A stretch of 64,000 bases of DNA. Origin: Desertimonas sp. Its GTDB lineage: Bacteria > Actinomycetota > Acidimicrobiia > Acidimicrobiales > Ilumatobacteraceae. The stretch lies in NCBI GenBank assembly GCA_047972065.1, contig JBKEAH010000033.1, positions 403 through 64,402 of the forward strand, read 5' to 3'. The position numbers and the translations under genes were made by a program. The notes beneath the pieces were generated by a model. It saw nothing but the letters and a program-made list of their open reading frames with translations, was not told the origin of the DNA and made no database searches. Shown piece after piece: positions 34,014-44,383 of this stretch; positions within the stretch are counted from its first letter, which is position 1, and the number at the start of each line of letters is the position of its first letter.

Positions 34014-35195
34014 TCAGGCCGGTGGGGTGGCCATCGCCTCGACGATCGCGGTGAGCACCGTCGGGCTGGTGGCGAAGTTGAGACGGGCGAAGCCGTCCCC
34101 GCCGGGGCCGAACTGGGACCCTGGGCTCAGCTCGACGCCGCGCGCCCGGAGCTGTTCGTGCCGATCTCCCTCCCATCCGAGCGGGCGGAGGTCGAGCCAC
34201 CCGAGATAGGTGGCATCGGGGATGACGAAGTCGACCCCCGGCAGATGCTCGTCCAGCAGCCGGGCCAGCAGCCGACGGTTCTCGTCGAGCTGGGCGCCGA
34301 CGGCCTCCTGCCACCCCGCACCGGCGGTCCAGGCGGCACCGGTGGCCTCGACGGCCAGCAGGTTGGGGGCACCGAAGTAGTGGTTGGGCAGCGCCGCCAA
34401 CGCGTCGCGCAGCGCCGGCGCGCCGACGTGCATGATCGCCCACCGCAGCCCGGCCATGTTGAACGCCTTCGACGACGACGTGACCGTGACGGTCCGGGCC
34501 GCCACCTCGGGCCCCAGCGAGGCGAACGGCACGTGCTGATGCCCGGGGTGAACCAGATCGCCGTGGATCTCGTCGCTGATCACCCACAGGTCGTGGCGGA
34601 TGGCGAGGTCGGCGATCCGCTCCAACTCGGCCCGATCGAAGACGTGACCGACGGGGTTGTGCGGGTGACACAGCAGCAGCATCCGCGCCGGCTCGCGGGC
34701 CAGGCGCCGATCCAGCTCGTCGTGGTCGAAGACCCAGCCGGCTGCGCTGCGCACGGCGGGCACGTCGACGCGCCGTCGGCCCGTCGACGCGATGCTGTTG
34801 AGGAACGGGTGATAGGCCGGCACGTGGAGCACGACGCCGTCGCCGGGATCGGTGAGGTGGTGGAGCGCCATCTGCACGCCTTGCATCACGTCGGCGAGCT
34901 CCACCAGCTGGTCGACCGGCGGGGCCCAGCGATAGCGCGCCGTCATCCGTTCGACGAACAGGTCGGGGAGGAACGACCGGCCGGGGTGGGGCCAGTGGGC
35001 GTAGCCGACATCGTTGCCCGCAACGTCGATGATCCGGTCGCGGATCGCCGGGGCGATCGGGAAGTCCATGTCGGCAACCCACGCCGCCAACCGTCCCTGC
35101 GCCTTGCCCCACTTGACGCCCCGGCGGGCGCGCGCCGACTCGATCGTCACCGCACGGAGCCCGAAGCGGTCGTCGCTCACGACGTGCGCCGCCAC
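34014..35195 (-). CDS. MalY/PatB-type PLP-dependent C-S lyase (aminotransferase class I/II)
   Basis: VKWGK...AAWVADMDFPIAPAI and SSSKAFNMAGLR (PLP lysine) are typical of PatB/MalY cystathionine beta-lyases. Confidence 0.8.
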   Translation of the reverse strand: MAAHVVSDDRFGLRAVTIESARARRGVKWGKAQGRLAAWVADMDFPIAPAIRDRIIDVAGNDVGYAHWPHPGRSFLPDLFVERMTARYRWAPPVDQLVELADVMQGVQMALHHLTDPGDGVVLHVPAYHPFLNSIASTGRRRVDVPAVRSAAGWVFDHDELDRRLAREPARMLLLCHPHNPVGHVFDRAELERIADLAIRHDLWVISDEIHGDLVHPGHQHVPFASLGPEVAARTVTVTSSSKAFNMAGLRWAIMHVGAPALRDALAALPNHYFGAPNLLAVEATGAAWTAGAGWQEAVGAQLDENRRLLARLLDEHLPGVDFVIPDATYLGWLDLRPLGWEGDRHEQLRARGVELSPGSQFGPGGDGFARLNFATSPTVLTAIVEAMATPPA

Positions 35196-35842
35196 TCGTC
35201 GGGGTCGCGGCCCAGCTCGCTCATCCGGCGCTGGATCTGCAGCGGCACCTCGATCTCACCACCGCCCTCGACGAGCGCGACCAGCTCGCCGTCGGGGTCC
35301 CACACGTGGCAGCTCCCGACGTTGTAGCGCCACGCCACCTGTGCCGACTCGTCCTCGACCCCGGCGAACGGGGCATCGACGCCGCTGCGCCGGGCCTTCG
35401 ACGCCCGCATCGACCAGAAGCACTGCACCGCCACCGGCGCCATCGCCTGGATGAGTGCCGTGGTGTGGGTGCAGCCGCGCGGCCCACCGAACAGCTCGCG
35501 CACCTTGTGAGTGAAGCCCCGGGCGATCGAGAGCCCGACGAGATGCTGGTAGTGGTCCTCGATCCGTGAGCACTCGGTGTGAGGGTGGACATCGAGCACG
35601 GCGCGCGCCGCGGCGATCAGCAGCGAGGGGAACTCGATCTCGATCTCCACGACCATGTGGTGCATGGTCAACGGCTGGTCGTCATCGGGGACGTACATGC
35701 CCGGCGGCTTCTGGTCGCGCACCGCCCCGCGGATCAGCAACCGGTCGTCGCTCATCCGGAACGCACGCACGCGGTACTCGCGATCGTGCAGGACCTCGAG
35801 GCCGTCAGGGTCCTCGGGCAGGATCGGGTCGTTCAGGAACAT
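35177..35842 (-). CDS. DUF2889 domain protein
   Basis: REYRVRAFRMSDDRLLIRGAVRD...MHHMVVEIEI...GGPRGCTHTTALIQAM resembles DUF2889. The start is uncertain (ATG 35842 or upstream 35890). Confidence 0.65.
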   Translation of the reverse strand: MFLNDPILPEDPDGLEVLHDREYRVRAFRMSDDRLLIRGAVRDQKPPGMYVPDDDQPLTMHHMVVEIEIEFPSLLIAAARAVLDVHPHTECSRIEDHYQHLVGLSIARGFTHKVRELFGGPRGCTHTTALIQAMAPVAVQCFWSMRASKARRSGVDAPFAGVEDESAQVAWRYNVGSCHVWDPDGELVALVEGGGEIEVPLQIQRRMSELGRDPDEWRRTS

Positions 35843-35960
35843 TCCCCCTGTCGTACCCGCTCCGAACGGGATCTGTCGACCCGGTGCCACCGGCGCCGCC
35901 GATGGGCCGCGACCACCGATTTCGTGCCGTCACCGACCGCTGGCTCTACGGTGGGACTCC

Positions 35961-36590
35961 GTGAGGGTGTTGATGGTCGCTGCGCACCCGCGCCAGGACA
36001 GCTTCACCCACGCCCTGCTGACCGCCGCCCGGCGAGGTGCGGTGACCGCCGGACACGACGTGACCGTCCTCGACCTGTACGAGTTGGGCTTCGACCCGGT
36101 GATGTCGCCTGCCGAACGGGCCGCCTACGACACCGATGAGCCGTTGCTCGACCCGCTGGCGCGTCAGCACGCCGAGTTGGTCCGTGACCACGATGTGTTG
36201 GTCTTCGTCTACCCCACCTGGTGGAGCTCGCTGCCGGCGATGCTCAAGGGCTGGTTGGAGAAGGTGATGGTCAACGGCGTCGCCTTCGAGCTGGTCGACG
36301 GCCGGGTTCGTCCGGCGCTCGGACATGTCCACCGGGTGGTCGGGATCAGCACCTACGGATCGGCGTGGTGGGTGGTCAAGTCGCTCAACGACGGTGGGCG
36401 TCGGACGATCTGCCGGGCGCTACGGATGAGCTGCGGGCCGACAACGAGCTCGACGTGGATCGGGTGCTACTCGATCGACACCGCCGGCGCCGCCGAGCGC
36501 GAGGCCTTCCTCGACCGGGTCGAGCACTCGATGTCCCACCTGCACCTCGAACGCACCCGCTGGTGGCGTCGTCGCCGGAGCACGGCATGA
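35961..36590 (+). CDS. NAD(P)H dehydrogenase (quinone)/flavodoxin-like fold protein, paralogue 1
   Basis: VLMVAAHPRQDSFTHAL...VFVYPTWWSSLPAMLKGWLEKV (Flavodoxin_2 family). GTG 35961. Confidence 0.75.
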   Translation: MRVLMVAAHPRQDSFTHALLTAARRGAVTAGHDVTVLDLYELGFDPVMSPAERAAYDTDEPLLDPLARQHAELVRDHDVLVFVYPTWWSSLPAMLKGWLEKVMVNGVAFELVDGRVRPALGHVHRVVGISTYGSAWWVVKSLNDGGRRTICRALRMSCGPTTSSTWIGCYSIDTAGAAEREAFLDRVEHSMSHLHLERTRWWRRRRSTA

Positions 36591-37171
36591 ACACGCTCGT
36601 CGTCTACTGCCATCCCAACCCCGAGTCGTTCATCGCGGCGGCTCGCGACGTGGTGGTCGACGCGCTGCGCGCCGACGGGGACGACGTCCGGCTGACCGAT
36701 CTGTACGCCGAGGGGTTTGAACCGGTCTTCAGCGCCGATGAGCACGAGCACCACCTCGACATCGGGGGCCACCCCGATGTCGAACGCCATGTCGCCGATC
36801 TGCAGTGGTGCGAGCGACTGGTGCTCGTGTATCCGACGTGGTGGAGCGGACAGCCGGCGATGCTCAAGGGCTGGATCGACCGGGTGTGGGTGCGCGGCGC
36901 CGTCTGGGAGCTTCCCACCGAGGGCAAGCGGATCGAGGGGCGGCTGCGCGATCTGCGACGGCTCGTCGTCGTGACGACCCACGGCTCGCCGAAGTGGGTC
37001 AACGCGCTTCAGGGGGAGCCCGGCAAGCGGGTGGTGTCACGCACGCTTCGGGCGGTGTGCCATCCGCTGGCCCGTACCCGCTGGATCGCCCTCTACGGTC
37101 TGGACCGCGCCAGCGACGCCGATCGCGCCGCGTTCTTGCGTTCGCTCCCCCGCCGCGTCACCCGACGCTGA
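36587..37171 (+). CDS. NAD(P)H dehydrogenase (quinone)/flavodoxin-like fold protein, paralogue 2
   Basis: MNTLVVYCHPNPESFIAAA...LVYPTWWSGQPAMLKGWIDRVW. ATG 36587 overlaps the stop of paralogue 1 (ATGA). Confidence 0.75.
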   Translation: MNTLVVYCHPNPESFIAAARDVVVDALRADGDDVRLTDLYAEGFEPVFSADEHEHHLDIGGHPDVERHVADLQWCERLVLVYPTWWSGQPAMLKGWIDRVWVRGAVWELPTEGKRIEGRLRDLRRLVVVTTHGSPKWVNALQGEPGKRVVSRTLRAVCHPLARTRWIALYGLDRASDADRAAFLRSLPRRVTRR

Positions 37172-37272
37172 CCGCCGAGCTGTTCCCACACCGCGCCGCC
37201 TCGGTCACGCCTCGGTCACACCCACCGCGATACGGGCGCGACCGGCGCCACCGTGGGCGCCAGACACTCGGC

Positions 37273-38193
37273 TCAGGGGGTGCGGGCGGCGACGGCGACC
37301 GCGATCTCGGCGGCGACGGCAGCGTTGTGCTCGGCGAGCGCCAGGTTGGCCGGGATGCTCCGACCGGCGGTGGCATCGGCGATCCGGCCGAGCACGAACG
37401 GGGTGATCGCGGCGCCGGTGATACCGGCCCGGTCGGCGTCGGCCAACGCGCCCGACACGACGCCGTCAAGCTCGGCGGCGTCCAACTCATCGGCCTCGGG
37501 GATCGGCACCGCGACCAGCACACCCGTCGCCGGTCGGGTTCGGTGGGCGAGCACCGTCGCCACCTCGGCGGCCGACTCCACCCGCTGCGGCACCGCGAAG
37601 CCCGACGAACGGGTGTAGAAGGCTGGGAGATCGTCGTGGCGCCAGCCGAGCACCGGCACGCCGGCCGTCTCGAGATACTCCAACGTGCGGCCGAGGTCGA
37701 GGAAGGCCTTGGCCCCGGCACAGACGGTGACCACCGGGTGCTGGGCGATGGCGTCGAGGTCGGCCGAGATGTCCCCGGTGAGCTCGGCGCCGCGGTGCAC
37801 GCCGCCGATCCCACCGGTGGCGAACACCATGACGCCGGCGGCGTGGGCCAGCGCGACCGACGCCGAGACCGTCGTCGCCCCCACCGGCCAGCGCTGGGCG
37901 ATGGCGACCGCAACGTCACGCTCGGCCGCCTTGCGAGCCGGTCCGAGGATCCGCTCATGCTCGCCCCCGTCGATCCCGACACGAGCGACGCCGTCGATCA
38001 CGGCGGTGACCGCCGGCACGGCGCCGCCGCCGCGCACGGCGGCGAGACAACGCTCGAGTGCCTCGGCGTTGGCCGGCGACGGCAAACCGAGATGGCTGAA
38101 GATCGTCGACTCCAGCGCCACCACCGGCTCGCCGGCGGCGACGGCGGCCGCGACCTCGGGCGACGGCACCGGCTCGATCACGACGGCAGTCAA
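37273..38193 (-). CDS. psuG: pseudouridine-5'-phosphate glycosidase
   Basis: VVALESTIFSHLGLPSPANAE and FATGGIGGVHRGA are typical of PsuG (IndA family). The TTG start overlaps the upstream stop. Confidence 0.85.
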   Translation of the reverse strand: MTAVVIEPVPSPEVAAAVAAGEPVVALESTIFSHLGLPSPANAEALERCLAAVRGGGAVPAVTAVIDGVARVGIDGGEHERILGPARKAAERDVAVAIAQRWPVGATTVSASVALAHAAGVMVFATGGIGGVHRGAELTGDISADLDAIAQHPVVTVCAGAKAFLDLGRTLEYLETAGVPVLGWRHDDLPAFYTRSSGFAVPQRVESAAEVATVLAHRTRPATGVLVAVPIPEADELDAAELDGVVSGALADADRAGITGAAITPFVLGRIADATAGRSIPANLALAEHNAAVAAEIAVAVAARTP

Positions 38194-39374
38194 GCGCGCA
38201 CGAAGCGGGTGACCACCTCGACGTGGGTGGTGTGGGGAAACGTGTCGATCACCTCGGAACCGTCATGCCGGTAGCCCGCACCCGCCAGCAGCTTGGCGTC
38301 ACGACCGAGCGACGCCGGGTCGCACGACACCAGCACGATCACCGCGCTGGCGGTCCGGGCCAGCGCGTTGACGCCCGGCCTGCCCAACCCGCTGCGCGCC
38401 GGATCGGCGATCACGACATCGACGGGGGCATCGCCGACCCCCTGCCGCCACCCGCCGACCTCACCCCGTACGATCGTGGCGACCCGCCCGGTCAGGTTGT
38501 GCGTCGCATCGGCGACCGCGGCGCGCGACGTCTCGATGGCGATCACATGGCTGGACGGGTCGGTCGCGCACACGCTGAACATGCCGACCCCGGCGTAGGC
38601 GTCGACCACGACCCCGGCAGTGGTGAGCTCCGGGGCCGCTCGCCGCACCGAATCGACCAGCAGATCGGCAGCCTGCGGACCGGATTGGAAGAACGCCCCC
38701 ATCGACACCCGCAGCCGATGACCGGTCACCTCCTCGACCAGGGTGGCGTCGCTACCCCGGCCGGCGTGATCGGGCAACCCCCGCACGCCACCGGCCTTGC
38801 GATCCCAACGGGCCGCGACGTCGCCGGTGGCGACGGAGACCCGGATCGTCGGCTCGACCCCCGGATCGACGCGCAGCAGCGGCAGCAGCTCACGCAGGGC
38901 CGGGTGGGCGACCCGGCAATCGGCGGCGACCACGACATCGTGTGACGCCTCGGCGTGGTAGCCCACACACCCCTCGCCGTCGGCGGCGACACGAACGGTG
39001 GTGCGGTACCCCTCGGGTTCCACACCACCGCCGAGCACCACCACCGGATCCTGGACGCCGCCGGTCCGACGCAGGGCGTCGGCGACGATCGCCTGGCGGG
39101 CTCGTCGTTGTGCGTCGAGCGCCAGGTGCATCCATCCGCAACCGCCACAGCCGGCCAGGCGGGCCCCACACGGTGGGGTCACCCGTTCGGCGACGGGGTC
39201 GACCACGTCGACGGCGATGCCGCGGGCCCAGTCCTTCTTCTCGGTGACCAGTTCGACGGCGACGGTCTCGCCGGGCAGCGCCCCACGGACGAACACGACG
39301 CGACCACCATCGTCGCGGGCGATCGCTTCCCCGCCGGCGGCCCAACGATCGGGTCGCAGCTGCAGCCGACTCAC
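38190..39374 (-). CDS. TRAM-domain class I SAM-dependent RNA (uracil-5-)-methyltransferase (TrmA/RlmD family)
   Basis: An N-terminal TRAM-like region, a Cys cluster CGARLAGCGGCGW, a SAM site VVDAYAGVGMF and the C-terminal motif VLVSCDPASL. Confidence 0.8.
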   Translation of the reverse strand: MSRLQLRPDRWAAGGEAIARDDGGRVVFVRGALPGETVAVELVTEKKDWARGIAVDVVDPVAERVTPPCGARLAGCGGCGWMHLALDAQRRARQAIVADALRRTGGVQDPVVVLGGGVEPEGYRTTVRVAADGEGCVGYHAEASHDVVVAADCRVAHPALRELLPLLRVDPGVEPTIRVSVATGDVAARWDRKAGGVRGLPDHAGRGSDATLVEEVTGHRLRVSMGAFFQSGPQAADLLVDSVRRAAPELTTAGVVVDAYAGVGMFSVCATDPSSHVIAIETSRAAVADATHNLTGRVATIVRGEVGGWRQGVGDAPVDVVIADPARSGLGRPGVNALARTASAVIVLVSCDPASLGRDAKLLAGAGYRHDGSEVIDTFPHTTHVEVVTRFVRA

Positions 39375-39463
39375 CGGGTCACGATCCCATCCACTTCGAC
39401 CTCCATCGGCGGGAGGCTACGCCGGGAGCCGTCGACGACGGGCCGTGGGTACAGTCCCGACCG

Positions 39464-40156
39464 ATGGCGCCGCCGATCCTGATCGCCCCCTCCGTGCTCC
39501 CCGCCGACTTCAGCCGCCTCGGTGACGAGGTCGAGGCGCTGGCGACGGCCGGCGTCGACCTCATCCAATGGGACGTGATGGACGGCCAGTTCGTGCCCAA
39601 CCTGACGTTCGGTCCGGAGGTGATCGGCGCCTGCCGGGACCGTACCGACGTCCCGTTCGAGGCCCATCTGATGGTCCGCACACCCGACGTGATGGCGGCC
39701 CGCTACGTCGAGGCCGGCTGTCAGCGTCTGATCGTCCACGCCGAGGCGTGCCCGCATCTGCACCGGACGCTGGGGGCGATCAACGATCTCGGTGCCTCGG
39801 CGGCGGTCGCGCTCAACCCCGCCACACCCGCCGTCGCCGTCGCCCACATCCTCGACCTCGTCGACATGGTGCTGGTGATGACCGTCAACCCCGGCTTCGG
39901 CGCCCAGGCCTACCTGGCGACGATGGAGCCGAAGATCGCCGAGGTCCGCGGGATGATCGATGACGCTGGGCTGACCGACCGGGTGCACGTCGAAGTCGAC
40001 GGCGGCATCGGACCCGCGAGCATCGCCGGCGCGGCAGCGGCGGGCGCCAACGTGCTGATCGCCGGGAGCGCGCTGTTCAAGGACCCCGAAGGGTTGGCCC
40101 ACGCCGTCGGCGACCTGCGCGACCGGGCGACGGCGGCGTGGGCGGCGCACCGGTGA
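39464..40156 (+). CDS. rpe: ribulose-phosphate 3-epimerase
   Basis: IAPSVLPADFSRLGDEV...WDVMDGQFVPNLTFG...HLMV...VMTVNPGFGAQ. Confidence 0.92.
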   Translation: MAPPILIAPSVLPADFSRLGDEVEALATAGVDLIQWDVMDGQFVPNLTFGPEVIGACRDRTDVPFEAHLMVRTPDVMAARYVEAGCQRLIVHAEACPHLHRTLGAINDLGASAAVALNPATPAVAVAHILDLVDMVLVMTVNPGFGAQAYLATMEPKIAEVRGMIDDAGLTDRVHVEVDGGIGPASIAGAAAAGANVLIAGSALFKDPEGLAHAVGDLRDRATAAWAAHR

Positions 40157-41259
40157 GACTCCAGGCGCTGGAGCTGATCCGCATCGCCATGCCGTTGGTG
40201 CGCCCGTTCCGGACGAGCTTCGGCACCGAGACGACCCGCGACATCCTGGTGGTGCGGGCCATCACCGACGCCGGGGACGGCTGGGGCGAGTGCGTGGCGA
40301 TGTCCACGCCGCGCTATTCACCCGAGTACGTCGACGGCGCCGAGCACGTCATCGAGCACTTCTTCGCGCCGGTGTTGTTCGCGCTCGACGGTCTCGACGC
40401 CGCCGGCGTGGCCGGCCACCTCGCCGGGTTCGAGGGACATCCGATGGCCAAGGCCGTGCTCGAGATGGCGGTGCTCGATGCCGAGCTCCGATCGATGGGC
40501 GAGTCGTTGGCGCACCGACTCGGTGCCGTGCACGACCGGGTGCCGGCGGGGGTGTCGATCGGCATCACCGACGACATCGGCACGCTGCTGTCCCAGGTGG
40601 ACGGGTATCTGGCCGACGGCTATCGGCGCCTCAAGCTGAAGATCGAGCCCGGGCTCGATGTCGAGCGGGTGGCCGCGGTGCGCGCCCACGTCGGTCCCGA
40701 CGTGAAGATCCAGGTCGACGCCAACGCCGCCTACACCGTGGCCGACGCTGACCATCTCGCCCGTCTCGACGAGTTCGACCTCTTGCTGATCGAGCAGCCG
40801 CTGCCCACCGAGGACATCGCCGGTCACGCCGAGATCGCCCGTCGCTGCCGCACCCCGATCTGTCTCGACGAATCGATCACCTCCGCCGCGGTCGCCGCCG
40901 ACGCCATCGACCGCGGCGCCACCTCGGTGATCAACATCAAGGCGGGCCGCGTCGGCGGCTACCTCGAATCGGTGCGTGTCCACGACGTGTGCGCCGAGCG
41001 TGGGGTCCCGGTGTGGTGCGGCGGGATGCTCGAGACCGGGCTGGGCCGGGCCGCCAACCTGGCCCTCGCCGCGCTGCCCAACTTCCGACTCCCCGGTGAC
41101 ACGTCGGCCTCGAGCCGCTACTGGGCGACCGACCTCACCGAGCCGTTCGAGCTCGATGACGACGGTTGCATCGCGGTGCCGACGGGGGCGGGTCTGGGGG
41201 TCGAACCACTCCCCGAGGTGCTCGGCGCCGTCACCACGGCCCGCCGCCGCATCGGCTGA
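40153..41259 (+). CDS. o-succinylbenzoate synthase / N-acylamino-acid racemase family (enolase superfamily)
   Basis: PLVRPFRTSFGTETTRD, with KLKI, QVDANAAY, IEQPL and LDES metal/acid-base motifs. GTG 40153 overlaps the rpe stop. Confidence 0.8.
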   Translation: MRLQALELIRIAMPLVRPFRTSFGTETTRDILVVRAITDAGDGWGECVAMSTPRYSPEYVDGAEHVIEHFFAPVLFALDGLDAAGVAGHLAGFEGHPMAKAVLEMAVLDAELRSMGESLAHRLGAVHDRVPAGVSIGITDDIGTLLSQVDGYLADGYRRLKLKIEPGLDVERVAAVRAHVGPDVKIQVDANAAYTVADADHLARLDEFDLLLIEQPLPTEDIAGHAEIARRCRTPICLDESITSAAVAADAIDRGATSVINIKAGRVGGYLESVRVHDVCAERGVPVWCGGMLETGLGRAANLALAALPNFRLPGDTSASSRYWATDLTEPFELDDDGCIAVPTGAGLGVEPLPEVLGAVTTARRRIG

Positions 41260-41319
41260 CGCCATCGGCGATCGTCGGGGCCGGCCACCACCCGGGGGCT
41301 TCCGTGGTAGGACGGACCG

Positions 41320-42702
41320 ATGGCGTCGCCCGGTCCCCCGAACCCACCTGCCCGTCCGACCGGGCCGCCGTGGGCTCCGCCGACGCCCGGCGGGGCCGGG
41401 GATCCGGGGACGTGGACGCGACCGACGGGGCCGCCAACGGGGCCCCCGACGGGGCCGATCGCACCGCTCCCACCGGCGACCGGCCGCCGCCGGATGCCGC
41501 GTTGGGTGCCTGTCGCCGGCCTGATCGCGGTGGTCGCGATCGTCGGCGTGGCGTTCGTCTGGCTCGGCGACTCCGACGACGATCCCCAAGAAGCCGCCGG
41601 TGACTGGCCGCCGACCGATCCGACCCATCAGCGCTCGATCCGCATCGACCAGCCTGTGGAGCGACCCATCGACGTTCGGACGACGGGTGGCGCCGACGAG
41701 CTGTACGTCGCGACACCGAACGGCGACGAGACCGTCGTCCGACGGTTCGACGACGGCGAGGAGTCCTGGGAGGCCGCCGTCGACGGCGAGGTCTGGACGA
41801 TCACGACCGAAGGCGACCTGCTGCTGGTCACCGCCGACATCGGTGTCACCGACGGCACGGAGATCACCATGCTCGACACCGATGGCGAACTCCTGTGGTC
41901 ACACCGTGATGAGAACGTCGCGTATGGGGACCTGCACGAGGGTCGCACCTTCGCGATCAGCAGCGGCGCGGTGGTGATCGAGCTCGACAGCCGCGCCGGC
42001 GACGAGCTCGATCGCCTGGCGGTGTCGGCGGCCCGGTTCGACCCGCTCGAGGGCATCGTCGCCGACGTCTCCGACGGCGAGGTCCAGCGCTACGACCTCG
42101 ACTTCGAACCGGTCGGCCGGCCGATCCCGATCGAGGAGTCCGGCGTCGAGTTCACCCCCTACGTCTACCGAGTCGCCGACGGGGTCGTCCAGTACGTCAC
42201 GGGCGATCGCCTCGTCGAGGTCGGTCTGGACGGCCGCGAGCACTTCCGATGCTCGATCTCGGTGGCCGACGCCTCGTCGATCGGTCAGGATTCCGAGGGG
42301 CTGATCGCGGTGCGGTCCTACGAGGCGATGTCGATCGTCGAGCCCGATGGGGACGGGTGCCACGAGCTGTGGTCGGCCGAGGGGTCGTTCAGCTACATGG
42401 TCGCCGGGGACCACGTGGTCAACCAGCAACTGGACCCGGACACCTACGAGGTGATCGCCTCGGAGTTGGTGGAGGTTCGCAGCGGCGACACGGTGCTCGA
42501 GCGTGACGGCGAGATCGGCCTCGTCGGTGACGCGATGCTGGTGGCCGATGATGGCGAGCTGCGGCGCGAGACCGTGCCCAACGGCCGCGTCGAGTGGTCG
42601 ATCGACACCGCCGAGGATGCTCGGTGGGTGCGCCTCGACGACGCCATCGGCATCATCGCGCTGGACGGCGAGATGATCACGATCGATCTGTACGCCGACT
42701 GA
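41320..42702 (+). CDS. hypothetical membrane-anchored acidic protein, possibly beta-propeller-like
   Basis: A Pro-rich N-terminus with PTGPP repeats and one TM (WVPVAGLIAVVAIVGVAFVWL). This is followed by about 370 aa of repetitive, acidic, beta-strand-like sequence. No family assigned. Confidence 0.5.
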   Translation: MASPGPPNPPARPTGPPWAPPTPGGAGDPGTWTRPTGPPTGPPTGPIAPLPPATGRRRMPRWVPVAGLIAVVAIVGVAFVWLGDSDDDPQEAAGDWPPTDPTHQRSIRIDQPVERPIDVRTTGGADELYVATPNGDETVVRRFDDGEESWEAAVDGEVWTITTEGDLLLVTADIGVTDGTEITMLDTDGELLWSHRDENVAYGDLHEGRTFAISSGAVVIELDSRAGDELDRLAVSAARFDPLEGIVADVSDGEVQRYDLDFEPVGRPIPIEESGVEFTPYVYRVADGVVQYVTGDRLVEVGLDGREHFRCSISVADASSIGQDSEGLIAVRSYEAMSIVEPDGDGCHELWSAEGSFSYMVAGDHVVNQQLDPDTYEVIASELVEVRSGDTVLERDGEIGLVGDAMLVADDGELRRETVPNGRVEWSIDTAEDARWVRLDDAIGIIALDGEMITIDLYAD

Positions 42703-42832
42703 CGAGCCCGTTTGGTCGGTGGGGCGACCGATCATGACGGTCGTTTCGTGGTCGCCCACGACGACTGGGTCGGCCATATCTGTCATCATCACGAACCGTG
42801 GGGACAGGGACGTCCGCGACGATCGGACCCGG

Positions 42833-43942
42833 GTGAGGGCTGACGCCCTGGTGCTGAGCGCGCCGCGCACCTTCGAGCGACGCGTCTTCGACCTACCCGT
42901 CGTCGGACCCGACGACGGGGTGCTGCGAATCGAGGCATGCGGATTGTGCGGCACCGATCACGAGCAGTACACCGGCGACGTCGTCAGCCGGTCGGCGATC
43001 ATCCCCGGCCACGAGGTGATCGGCATCGTCGAGCACCTTGGCGCGGCGGCGGCGCAGCGATGGGGCGTCGAGGCCGGGCAGCGGGTGGCGGTCGAGGTGT
43101 TCCAGTCGTGTCGTGAGTGTGCGGCCTGCCGCTCGGGCGAGTACCGGCGCTGCGAACGCAACGGGATGGCGACGATGATCGGCTTCACCGACGCCGACAC
43201 ACCCCCCGGTCTCGGTGGCGGGTATGCCACCCATCTCCGTCTCGGGCCCGACGTGATGCTGCTGGCGGTTCCCGAGGTGCTCGACCCGGTCACGGCGACG
43301 CTGTTCAACCCGCTGGGCGCCGGGATCCGTTGGGGCGTCGAGCTGCCCGGCACCGCGCCGGGCGACGTGGTGGCGGTGCTCGGCCCCGGGGTGCGCGGGC
43401 TGTGCGCGGCCGCCGCCGCCAAGGATGCCGGGGCCGAGTTCGTGATGATCACCGGGTTCGGGCCCCGCGACGCCGAACGCCTCGCACTGGCCACCGAGTT
43501 CGGCGCCGACCTGTGCGTCGACGTGGCCGAGCAGGACCCCAACTCGGCGCTGCGTCAGGCGACGGGCCGCAAGGCCGATGTGGTCGTCGACGTCACCGCC
43601 AAGGCCCCGGCCGCTCTCGGCCAGGCGGTCACCCTGGCCCGCCCCGGCGGGACCGTCGTGCTGGCCGGGGTGCGGGGCTCGACCGACACGCCGGGCTTCG
43701 ACCCCGACCATCTCGTGTACAAGGAGCTGCGGCTGCTCGGGGCGCTCGGCGTCGACGTCGGCGCCTACCGCCGGGCGCTCGACCTGTTGGCGTCGGGACG
43801 CTTCCCGTTCGACGACCTGCCCCGCGCGGTGGCCGGGTTCGACGACCTCGAGCCGCTGATCCAGCTGATGGCTGGCGACCGCCCGGGTGTCCCACCGGTC
43901 CACGCCGTGTTCGACCCCACCCATCGAGGAGACCACCGATGA
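42833..43942 (+). CDS. zinc-dependent alcohol dehydrogenase family protein
   Basis: CGLCGTDHEQY (catalytic Zn), CRECAACRSGEYRRC (structural Zn) and the Rossmann motif VLGPGVRGL. GTG 42833 is preferred. Confidence 0.8.
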   Translation: MRADALVLSAPRTFERRVFDLPVVGPDDGVLRIEACGLCGTDHEQYTGDVVSRSAIIPGHEVIGIVEHLGAAAAQRWGVEAGQRVAVEVFQSCRECAACRSGEYRRCERNGMATMIGFTDADTPPGLGGGYATHLRLGPDVMLLAVPEVLDPVTATLFNPLGAGIRWGVELPGTAPGDVVAVLGPGVRGLCAAAAAKDAGAEFVMITGFGPRDAERLALATEFGADLCVDVAEQDPNSALRQATGRKADVVVDVTAKAPAALGQAVTLARPGGTVVLAGVRGSTDTPGFDPDHLVYKELRLLGALGVDVGAYRRALDLLASGRFPFDDLPRAVAGFDDLEPLIQLMAGDRPGVPPVHAVFDPTHRGDHR

Positions 43943-44382
43943 CCGCACCCGCACCGACGTTCGAGACCTTCAACCAGCGCTGGGCCGACCGTTCGATCGG
44001 ACGGGTGTCCGCGACCGGCATCGACGCCTACCTCGGGCTGGTGATCACGGCGATCGAACCGGGACGCCTGACCTGCGAGATGCCCGTCACCGACGAGCTG
44101 ATCACCCGGATGGGCAACATGCACGGCGGGTGTCTGTCGGCGCTGTGCGACCACACGCTCGGGGTCGTGATGTACCCGGTGATGCCCGAGGGCTACTGGG
44201 CGGCCACCACCGAGTTCAAGATCAACCTGCTGGCCCCGGTGACCGGGGGGACCTGCGTGGCCGAGGCGACGATCGTGTCGATGTCGCGTCGGTTGGCGGT
44301 GGTGCGGATCGACGTGACCAACGACGACCGGCTGGTGGCGGTCGCCCAGGGCACCTGCACGATCGTCGCCCCCAAGGGGTGA
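43939..44382 (+). CDS. PaaI-family hotdog-fold thioesterase
   Basis: MGNMHGGCLSALCDHTLG...EFKINLLAP. ATG 43939 overlaps the ADH stop (ATGA). Confidence 0.8.
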   Translation: MTAPAPTFETFNQRWADRSIGRVSATGIDAYLGLVITAIEPGRLTCEMPVTDELITRMGNMHGGCLSALCDHTLGVVMYPVMPEGYWAATTEFKINLLAPVTGGTCVAEATIVSMSRRLAVVRIDVTNDDRLVAVAQGTCTIVAPKG

Positions 44383-44383
44383 T

